Of a stretch of 41,513 nt of DNA, positions 32,884 to 39,766 are shown in pieces; positions within the stretch are counted from its first letter, which is position 1, and every line of letters starts with the position of its first letter. Made by a program: the position numbers and the translations under genes. The stretch spans positions 1 through 41,513 of the forward strand of contig CAYVUY010000003.1 in the NCBI GenBank assembly GCA_964455195.1, given 5' to 3'. Origin of the DNA: an uncultured Candidatus Saccharibacteria bacterium. Lineage in GTDB: Bacteria; Patescibacteriota; Minisyncoccia; Phycocordibacterales; UBA5272. The notes beneath the pieces are model-generated. The model saw nothing but the letters and a program-made list of their open reading frames with translations. It did no database searches and was not told where the DNA came from.

Positions 32884-32926
32884 GCAAAACAAAAGACCAA
32901 ACATTTTGTTTGGTCTTTTGTTTTGC
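32884..32926. terminator. Bidirectional terminator downstream of tsaD
   Basis: Perfect 19-bp stem GCAAAACAAAAGACCAAAC / GTTTGGTCTTTTGTTTTGC with an ATTTT loop. Confidence 0.7.
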
Positions 32927-32963
32927 GTTGTGCTTATAATAACGCTACCTATTCTTAATTGTA

Positions 32964-34154
32964 TTAACTTCTGTATTCTTCACTCACTTTCCAATTGCCA
33001 TTTGCTTTCAATTTTACTTTTGGTTTCAAACCTTTAGCGATATGTAGTAGTCCTGTTGCTCCTATCATAAGAGCGTTGTCTGTAGAGAGTATTCTTTCTG
33101 GAATGAAAAGCGCAGCGCCTTCTTCTTTGGTGAGTTCTTTAAGTTGAGCGCGAATATGATTATTAGCACTTACTCCACCACCGACTACTACCGTCTTCGC
33201 ACGTGTTTCATACATTGCAGTTTTGGTCTTTGCTATTAAAACATCGGTGATAGCATTTTCTATTTCAAGTGAAAGTACTGCTTTAAAATGATCAGTGAGT
33301 TCTTTTTGTTTTTGTACTTTGGTAAGTACAGCAGTTTTTAAACCGCTAAAAGAAAAATGTAGATCCTTAGAATGAAGCATTGGTCGTGGTAGTTTGTATG
33401 TTTCATCTGGAAGAAGGTGATTATCTCGTGCGTGTTTCGCGAGGCGAGATATCTCTGGTCCTCCAGGGTAAGGGAGTCCGAGCATTCGTGCGCTCTTATC
33501 GAAGCATTCTCCAACAGCATCATCCTTGGTGTCACCGATAATATGATATTTCAATTCTTTTGGAATTCGGACGAGCTCTGTATGTCCACCAGAGATTAAA
33601 AGTGCAAGTGCAGGATACTCATATTCAGGAATTTCATAGAAGTCTCCTTTCTTAGAAAGAAGACTTGCTACGATATGTCCTTCCATGTGATTAATAGGGT
33701 AGACAGGTATGTCCCAGACCATATTTAAGGCCATTGCACAGTTAATTCCAACCCAGAGTGCTGGTTCAAGGCCAGGGCCAGAAGTAACAGCTATGGCGTC
33801 AATTTTCGGCTTTTGGATGCCTTCGAAGAGTACGATGAGAGCTCGTAACATCTCTTCTTCTCTTTCCAAAAGTACTCCTAGCTTCTTTTTTATAGCAAGT
33901 GGAAGTGGTGCTTCTCTAGCACGTTCTACGAGTAGGTCTGCGCTATGGAGAGACTCTGCTATAAGTTGAGTTATGGTGCGAGCATGTTCACGCTTCGCAA
34001 GTGCGGGGAATACACCGCCATACTCTTTGTGAATGTCTATCTGAGAAAGAATAGAGTGAGCGAGAACTTCGAATTTTACATTTTTACCACGCACCCTTTT
34101 AAGTAATGCTACAGACGTCTCGTCACAACTTGTTTCTATTGCAAGTAAAATCAT
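32964..34154 (-). CDS. tsaD: tRNA N6-adenosine threonylcarbamoyltransferase
   Basis: MILLAIETSCDETSVAL, INHMEGHI, and LLISGGHTEL are Kae1/TsaD motifs. At 396 aa it is somewhat longer than typical. Confidence 0.9.
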   Translation of the reverse strand: MILLAIETSCDETSVALLKRVRGKNVKFEVLAHSILSQIDIHKEYGGVFPALAKREHARTITQLIAESLHSADLLVERAREAPLPLAIKKKLGVLLEREEEMLRALIVLFEGIQKPKIDAIAVTSGPGLEPALWVGINCAMALNMVWDIPVYPINHMEGHIVASLLSKKGDFYEIPEYEYPALALLISGGHTELVRIPKELKYHIIGDTKDDAVGECFDKSARMLGLPYPGGPEISRLAKHARDNHLLPDETYKLPRPMLHSKDLHFSFSGLKTAVLTKVQKQKELTDHFKAVLSLEIENAITDVLIAKTKTAMYETRAKTVVVGGGVSANNHIRAQLKELTKEEGAALFIPERILSTDNALMIGATGLLHIAKGLKPKVKLKANGNWKVSEEYRS

Positions 34155-34205
34155 ACTGGTAAGAGTATATCAAAAAAGTGTTTATCTCTCTATTTTTGAT
34201 ATTAT

Positions 34206-35204
34206 TTATTTAGGAAGTACATTTCTAATATTTTGTACTAAGCCTTGAGTTTCATAATTACCAACGGTGAGCCATGTTGGGATTCCTAATACACAGAGTC
34301 CGTCAGCATCTTTTGCTATTGCTATACCGCCTGAATTACCGCTATCAATTTTTGCTGAAATGAAAAAGTTAGGATCTTTAAGTTTCCCTTTTGGTAAAAC
34401 ATCAGAAGTATCGTACCCACTCACGATTCCATTCGTTACTGTTCTATAGATAGTTTTTACACTTCCGATAGATGGTATCATTACTTCTGCATCTCTTTTT
34501 GCATATGCAGGGAAACCTAAGATAACAACAGGAGAACCAAGAGAAATCGTAGAAGGACACTTTCTAAGTGATGACAATGAATAGTTATATGATGATAACG
34601 CTGGCGCAGAAGAAGAAAGAAGGTTACCAATTTTTACCACAGCAGTGTCCGTGTTTTTATTAAAAGTAACAGCAGTATCATTTAGAGAATACATTCCAAG
34701 TGTACTAGAATCTTTATTACTGATTACCACGATGCAATTTTCAGCACCCTCTACAACATGTCTATTAGTAAGAATTGCATGAGGCATATCTGCGAAACTC
34801 CAGAGACTAGCACTTCCAGAGGAAACACTACTTGTTTGTTTACAGATGACTTGAGGGATAGCATTTAGGAGTCCGGTAATATCTGTAGAAGTAATTACTG
34901 TACTTGCTGCTTTTGATTTTTCTTTAGTGAAATTAGCTTCTATAGTGCTTAGCTTTGTGGTTGCTGTCTCGGCATCCTTTTTGGTTTGAGAGAGTTCTTC
35001 TTGAACAGATTGCACAGCTTTACTTTGTTCTTGAAGTAATTTATCTTGTGCCACTGAATAACGAACTTGCTCATTTTCTAGTGAGTTAAGTGAACTATCG
35101 ATAAGAGCAAATTTTTTATTGATAGTTGCATTAGTATAAATACTAAGTGAAAGAGCGATACAAGTAAGAATGAAGGTGAATCGTATGAGGAGAGAGTTTG
35201 GCAT
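34206..35204 (-). CDS. Membrane-anchored trypsin-like serine protease (S1/HtrA-like, no PDZ seen)
   Basis: N-terminal TM helix and a coiled-coil segment. Catalytic triad contexts TNRHVV, DTAVVKI, DSGNSGG. Confidence 0.8.
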   Translation of the reverse strand: MPNSLLIRFTFILTCIALSLSIYTNATINKKFALIDSSLNSLENEQVRYSVAQDKLLQEQSKAVQSVQEELSQTKKDAETATTKLSTIEANFTKEKSKAASTVITSTDITGLLNAIPQVICKQTSSVSSGSASLWSFADMPHAILTNRHVVEGAENCIVVISNKDSSTLGMYSLNDTAVTFNKNTDTAVVKIGNLLSSSAPALSSYNYSLSSLRKCPSTISLGSPVVILGFPAYAKRDAEVMIPSIGSVKTIYRTVTNGIVSGYDTSDVLPKGKLKDPNFFISAKIDSGNSGGIAIAKDADGLCVLGIPTWLTVGNYETQGLVQNIRNVLPK

Positions 35205-35250
35205 ATTCTATAGTAGTATAGTAGCATAGAACTTACTATCCATTTAACGT

Positions 35251-35694
35251 ATGAAAGTCACAATTATCTCTGTCGGGAAAGCCCACGATATAAGCCTTAA
35301 GGATATACTTCTTGAATATACTAAGCGAACGTTTGCAACACTTTCTACTGAGTGGTTACTTCTTCCTACTTCCAATATAGACACCGAGGCAAAGGCAATA
35401 CTTGCAACACTTAAAAAAGATGATTACGTTATTCTTCTTGATGAAGAGGGGACAGATATGACAAGTATCGCTCTTGCTGAACTTATGGCAGAAAAGATGA
35501 ATGACGCCACACGAAGAATGGTATTTATTATTGGTGGAGCATACGGTGTAAATGATGAAGTGAAGAAGCGTGCGAATTATATATGGAGATTATCTAAGCT
35601 CGTGTTCCCACATATGATAGTGCGTCTCATCCTCATCGAACAACTCTATAGAAGTATTTCTATTCTTCAAGGTGGTAAGTATCACCACGAATAG
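35251..35694 (+). CDS. rlmH: 23S rRNA (pseudouridine1915-N3)-methyltransferase
   Basis: SPOUT/RlmH pattern: FIIGGAYG...LSKLVFPHMIVRLILIEQLYR. Confidence 0.9.
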   Translation: MKVTIISVGKAHDISLKDILLEYTKRTFATLSTEWLLLPTSNIDTEAKAILATLKKDDYVILLDEEGTDMTSIALAELMAEKMNDATRRMVFIIGGAYGVNDEVKKRANYIWRLSKLVFPHMIVRLILIEQLYRSISILQGGKYHHE

Positions 35695-36363
35695 TTAGAG
35701 TAATTCGTATTCTTGCAATATCGCATTCAATACTTCTATTCCATCTTCGCTACAGTTATATGCACCCACATTGCCACCAAGAGAGGCGAAGGTGTCTCTG
35801 TATTCTGCAACATCATCGATGTAGAGTATGTTTTTCATTTCTTCATCTGTAAGTCGGCATGCGCGTATGACATCGGTGTATATTTTCTTTTCTGGTTTAC
35901 GAGACTTTGCAGTATATGAGCGTACGATTCTAGACTCATTTGGAAAATGTTTCTTGATAATGTTCATCTGAGCAATTTTTTTCCAGTGAATTGCATCGAT
36001 ATTCGAAAGAATACATTGCACCACATCTGTAGAGATGGAACTAAGTAATGCATCTGCATCGGTATTTTCTTCAAAAATATCCATCCAAATCTCAGAAAAT
36101 AAATCAAAACTAAGAGAGTCTCTAAACAAAGCAAGGTCTTTAATAATGGTAAAGAACTCTTCTGAAGTGATTCTACCCGCGTCGTGTAATTCTATTGGAG
36201 AATGTTCACTTCCTAAAATTTTATGGTGGATGATAATGTTATAAATTTCCTCAGCACTTTTTTCGGTATGCTCTGCGAAACGACGACATGCTTTCCTGTG
36301 GTCGAATTTCACAAGGACATTCCCAAGATCCCATACGATAGCTTTTATAGCAGGTTTCGACAT
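35695..36363 (-). CDS. HAD-superfamily hydrolase (subfamily IA, YihX-like)
   Basis: Motif I variant VWDLGNVLV. C-terminal LYIDDV acidic motif. Confidence 0.8.
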   Translation of the reverse strand: MSKPAIKAIVWDLGNVLVKFDHRKACRRFAEHTEKSAEEIYNIIIHHKILGSEHSPIELHDAGRITSEEFFTIIKDLALFRDSLSFDLFSEIWMDIFEENTDADALLSSISTDVVQCILSNIDAIHWKKIAQMNIIKKHFPNESRIVRSYTAKSRKPEKKIYTDVIRACRLTDEEMKNILYIDDVAEYRDTFASLGGNVGAYNCSEDGIEVLNAILQEYELL

Positions 36364-36365
36364 GG

Positions 36366-36518
36366 TTATTTTCTTTTGGAACTACTTTTACCTCCTTTTC
36401 TACATTTGCTACTGCAAAAACGCACAGATTCCCAGTCCTCTCGTTCGCGGAAACCCTTTAGTGTATTTAAATCTAGCTTACACACGACACATTTTTTATC
36501 TAATTTGGAGGTGGTCAT
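36366..36518 (-). CDS. Unannotated small Cys-rich protein, DUF2256-like (50 aa)
   Basis: My translation: MTTSKLDKKCVVCKLDLNTLKGFREREDWESVRFCSSKCRKGGKSSSKRK. The CxxC...W..V.FCS..CR pattern resembles DUF2256. TATACT lies 7 nt before the ATG. The stop is 2 nt before the HAD gene start. Confidence 0.55.
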   Translation of the reverse strand: MTTSKLDKKCVVCKLDLNTLKGFREREDWESVRFCSSKCRKGGKSSSKRK

Positions 36519-36637
36519 GAACTCTAGTATAACAAACGTTTTCTTGATAATTTAATCTCTAAATGGTAGGTTGGTTTATGAAGCTAAGAGAAATCTCTCC
36601 AAGCACATTTCCGACCTTGAAATTGAAAGGAATACAC

Positions 36638-37195
36638 ATGCAATTACAGTTACCGAATCAGGGGAATGGAGTGGTGCCACCGGCATTTCTCTTGGATCTC
36701 ACCCCATTTACCCCCTTCAATGTCCAGTTTTTCGTGGACCATCCGTGCGCCTACGTCATGAACGAAGACAAAAGGTCCACGTCGCTTAAGGTCTTCGACC
36801 TCGAGCACTTAGAGCTTGACCGCACTATGGTGGGGCTGAAAGAATCTCTTTCAGCGTCTCATCGACACCAGGTGCACCTCACTCAGAAGGATGTGGTTTT
36901 GGCTGATCCGCGTATCGGCCTTGCATTACTTTCTGAGTACAAGGACAAGGTAGCCCTCGGCCGAGGCGAAGAAAGCCAGCTTGAAAAACTGCGGAAAGAA
37001 AAGGGGGTGACCCGCCTTGATTTTCTCGGGATCATCTTGGCTCGATTGCCGCGGTATGCCTACTTCTTCTATTTGATTTTCGATGACCGGAAGACCAAGC
37101 CCGCGTTCGCGTGGGATTGGAGCATCTATAATTTCGATGCCGCCGAGAAAATCAATCACCCCACGGCGACGTTCCGGAAAGGTTCCTTCCAGTAA
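36638..37195 (+). CDS. Hypothetical protein, G+C-rich orphan
   Basis: The ORF is open from 36563. ATG 36638 is preferred because AAAGGA lies 6 nt upstream. 33/60 G+C counted at 36661-36720. A terminator follows. No recognisable motif. Confidence 0.55.
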   Translation: MQLQLPNQGNGVVPPAFLLDLTPFTPFNVQFFVDHPCAYVMNEDKRSTSLKVFDLEHLELDRTMVGLKESLSASHRHQVHLTQKDVVLADPRIGLALLSEYKDKVALGRGEESQLEKLRKEKGVTRLDFLGIILARLPRYAYFFYLIFDDRKTKPAFAWDWSIYNFDAAEKINHPTATFRKGSFQ

Positions 37196-37214
37196 AGCAC
37201 ACCGACGAAAGACT

Positions 37215-37245
37215 GCACTCACCTGAAACTAGGTGGGTGCTTTTT
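37215..37245 (+). terminator. Intrinsic terminator
   Basis: GCACTCACCT-GAAACT-AGGTGGGTGC (one G-U pair), followed by TTTTT. Confidence 0.7.
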
Positions 37246-37593
37246 ATTAATATAACCCTAGTATTTGCGACCCGCCTCGTCTGTATCTGTTTTATCGATG
37301 TGCGTCGATAAGTACTAAAGCCTTTTATTTCGTTTCACTCATAAAAGTCTAAGTACTTCGATATCACAAAAATATAGTCGTTACACTTCTTATTTTTTGT
37401 GAGCGTACACAATTTAGAGTGGAACACCTTCCAAATAGAGATTTTAAGGTGGAAGAGTATTCTGTCACCATATAAAGTGTATGATACTAGGCACAAAAAA
37501 GCCTTATTTTATAATTAAGAGTGATCATTTATGATAACCACTAAGTACCTTACTGATAGTAGAATAAGGAATCAGGAAGTAATATAAATATGA

Positions 37594-37974
37594 ATGGATA
37601 CAAAAAGGAAAACAAAAGCAACACCTAAAACTATAGCGATAATACTCGATGCTATTTCTCAAGGACTAACTCAACGAGAAGCATCTATTCTTGCAGGAAT
37701 AAGTGAAGATACATTCTCTCTTTGGAAGAGAAAAGATTCAGATTTTTCAGAACAAATACGACAAAAAGAAATTGAGTGTAAGCTTTACCATATAAAAAAT
37801 ATCAAGAAGGCTAGTGAGAAGTCTTGGACAGCAAGTGCTTGGTGGTTAGAGCGTAAGTATAAGGATGAGTTCTCACGTAACAGTAAACTTGATTTACAAG
37901 TAAACGAAACCCTTGATCAACTTGGAGATTCAATCAAGAGTATCCTCACTCCAAAAACAAGAGTGCAGAAGTAG
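37594..37974 (+). CDS. HTH-domain protein, phage terminase small-subunit-like
   Basis: N-terminal HTH (ISQGLTQREASILAGISEDTFSLW) and SAWWLERKYKDEF, a motif I associate with phage small terminase/HTH proteins. Assignment from memory. Confidence 0.5.
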   Translation: MDTKRKTKATPKTIAIILDAISQGLTQREASILAGISEDTFSLWKRKDSDFSEQIRQKEIECKLYHIKNIKKASEKSWTASAWWLERKYKDEFSRNSKLDLQVNETLDQLGDSIKSILTPKTRVQK

Positions 37975-38017
37975 TCTATTTTTGGTAAAATAGAAATACA
38001 ATTCAATATAGAGACCT

Positions 38018-38156
38018 AACCCCTAGAGCTTGCTTTAGGGTATGGTCGCAAAACCAGTCAAGGATAAAGAACCCATCGCGTGGGATTTACCTTGACTGGT
38101 CATATCTGGAAACGGATATGGATAGCGAAAGCTGTCACTCACGTGGTGGGCTTTTT
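38018..38156 (+). promoter_or_regulatory. Candidate structured 5' leader / cis-regulatory RNA upstream of the PG-binding protein gene
   Basis: Four or five consecutive hairpins. CCCTAGAG-CTTG-CTTTAGGG. ACCAGTCAAGG...CCTTGACTGGT (11 bp) enclosing CCCA-TCGCG-TGGG. CATATC-TGGAAACG-GATATG. AGC-GAAA-GCT. Then a weak hairpin followed by TTTTT (38152..38156), 42 nt before the ATG. A possible promoter is TTGGTA (37982..37987), 17 nt, AATATA. Confidence 0.35.
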
Positions 38157-38197
38157 GTATCTCATCACGTAGAGAATTATCAGCTAATCTCTACGAT

Positions 38198-38908
38198 ATG
38201 AAAATAATAAGAATCATAAGCATTGCCTCACTCGTCACCTTTACAGTTACCTCAACCTCTTTTGCATCTATAGATAAAAATCTAAAGTACGGTCAAAGAG
38301 ATAAAGAGGTTTCTGAATTACAAGAATTTCTTATTGATAGGGGTTTCTTAAATACGTCACCATCTAGTTTTTTTGGGCTACTGACACTAAAAGCAGTAAA
38401 GGCATACCAAACAAATGTTAGTATTTCTTCCACAGGATATGTTGGGTTACTTACTCGTCAAAAAATAAATAATGAACTAGCTATTGATTTAGCAAGCTCA
38501 ACTCAAGCAGAAATTCAGGAGACCGGAACTACAACAGTAACTAGTTATATACAACCAAATAATCAACCTACAGTAGCTCCAACAACGATCGTAGCTACTC
38601 CTTCAGCTACCCCTCCAATTCAACAACCACAGGTCATTATTATTCAAATACCGACACCTGTAACCTCTATAGCACCAAATACACCAGTTACTCAAACGGA
38701 AAAGTTATATACAATTACAAAAAATGGTTCAGTTGTAAAAGATAATATCAACGAGCAATCAGTTCGTGACTTTATGTCTGACTTAACGGATTATGCAAGT
38801 GTAAAGAAATACGCTATGACGTACCCACTTTTCCCTATTAGTGAAGGAGATCAAAAGAATATCTTGAGTTTCCTAAAAGCTAATGACTTCATCTTGACTG
38901 AAAAATAG
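38198..38908 (+). CDS. Secreted peptidoglycan-binding (PG_binding_1) domain protein with a P/T/Q-rich linker and an unknown C-terminal domain
   Basis: Signal peptide. YGQRDKEVSELQEFLIDRGFL...FGLLTLKAVKAYQ fits PG_binding_1. Confidence 0.75.
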   Translation: MKIIRIISIASLVTFTVTSTSFASIDKNLKYGQRDKEVSELQEFLIDRGFLNTSPSSFFGLLTLKAVKAYQTNVSISSTGYVGLLTRQKINNELAIDLASSTQAEIQETGTTTVTSYIQPNNQPTVAPTTIVATPSATPPIQQPQVIIIQIPTPVTSIAPNTPVTQTEKLYTITKNGSVVKDNINEQSVRDFMSDLTDYASVKKYAMTYPLFPISEGDQKNILSFLKANDFILTEK

Positions 38909-38910
38909 GA

Positions 38911-38928
38911 ATATATATATATATATAT
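38911..38928. repeat. (AT)9 dinucleotide microsatellite ending in the start codon of 38927..39217
   Basis: ATATATATATATATATAT read directly. The last AT is the first two bases of the ATG at 38927. Confidence 0.95.
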
Positions 38929-39217
38929 GAAAAATTTTCTCAATTACGTAAAACAAGGCAATAACTTTCTATCGGTAAGTCTTGGTATTGGAGTTCTTTT
39001 GACAGCCGTCTCAATTTTCTACTCTATTCTCATAAAACCAATAATGAATAGAATTTCACTTGATAACTGTTTAGATTCTGTGCAAGTACAGAAAATAAAG
39101 CAGACAATCAGTGCTTATGATCTCTATCTTAGGGAGAATCCGTTCGCTGTAGATACAAGAATAGGCCAAAAAGAAGTAAATAACGAGGAAGCAAAATGTT
39201 ATGATAGATATAAATAG
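38927..39217 (+). CDS. Small membrane protein, hypothetical
   Basis: 96-aa ORF with one hydrophobic helix (LSVSLGIGVLLTAVSIFYSILI). Confidence 0.45.
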   Translation: MKNFLNYVKQGNNFLSVSLGIGVLLTAVSIFYSILIKPIMNRISLDNCLDSVQVQKIKQTISAYDLYLRENPFAVDTRIGQKEVNNEEAKCYDRYK

Positions 39218-39219
39218 CA

Positions 39220-39387
39220 ATGTCAAAAATAACTTCGATAAAACAACTAAATAAGGAACAGTTAGAAAAGTTTCAGATGGGGAGAGATCTTACCATACAT
39301 CTACATAAAATAGGGCAAATAAAGGAAAAACCCACAGAGGAAGAGATGGAGCAATACTTTCTAAAGAGGGTAAATCAAAAACTGTAA
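39220..39387 (+). CDS. Possible small ORF (55 aa), hypothetical
   Basis: My translation: MSKITSIKQLNKEQLEKFQMGRDLTIHLHKIGQIKEKPTEEEMEQYFLKRVNQKL. It starts 2 nt after the previous stop. There is no other support. Confidence 0.25.
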   Translation: MSKITSIKQLNKEQLEKFQMGRDLTIHLHKIGQIKEKPTEEEMEQYFLKRVNQKL

Positions 39388-39399
39388 AAACTAGCGGTC

Positions 39400-39429
39400 T
39401 TGTCAATTTGCACTATTTAGGAATATACT
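39400..39429 (+). promoter_or_regulatory. Sigma70-like promoter upstream of the recombinase gene
   Basis: TTGTCA (39400..39405), 18-nt spacer, TATACT (39424..39429). It would give a ~330-nt leader before ATG 39767. Confidence 0.4.
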
Positions 39430-39766
39430 TATGGTAATGGTGAATAAATCACCGCTGTCTAAATAGACACACACTCATTCGGAGTCCTTCATAACGTCAG
39501 GCTTACTAAACCAAACATTGCTTTTAGTAAAAATCTTAAAGTAAGCCTATCAAGTCTAGTTCGTACAGTATTAGTAAGTTTTCTAATATCTAACGCTTAT
39601 GAATGGCTACACTCTCTTTGGAGAACTTTACGAAACTATTTCCTAAAGAAATTCTCTCCCAATATACAGAAATGCAAATTGAACACTTATATAAAGTTTC
39701 AATGTGTTTTTCAGATCTTGTTTTCCATCAATGGAAGACTAATAGAAATAAAAAATTATCAGAATA

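Noticed and set aside
36223-36555. 110-aa plus-strand ORF across the HAD gene start
   Set aside because: It overlaps the HAD gene and the DUF2256-like minus-strand ORF, both of which have motif and promoter support.
37158-37166. 9-nt match ACCCCACGG to the tRNA-Glu 3' region (41450..41458), considered as the left attachment-site repeat of the element
   Set aside because: A 9-mer is expected by chance about 0.3 times in this window on both strands. Flanking similarity needs several gaps. Large serine recombinases do not generate long direct repeats. It is not reliable as a boundary.
38018-38156. Identification of the structured leader as a cyclic-di-AMP (ydaO) riboswitch
   Set aside because: The conserved ydaO sequence blocks as I remember them are not recognisable on either strand. 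Only the genomic context (a cell-wall-related gene) fits.
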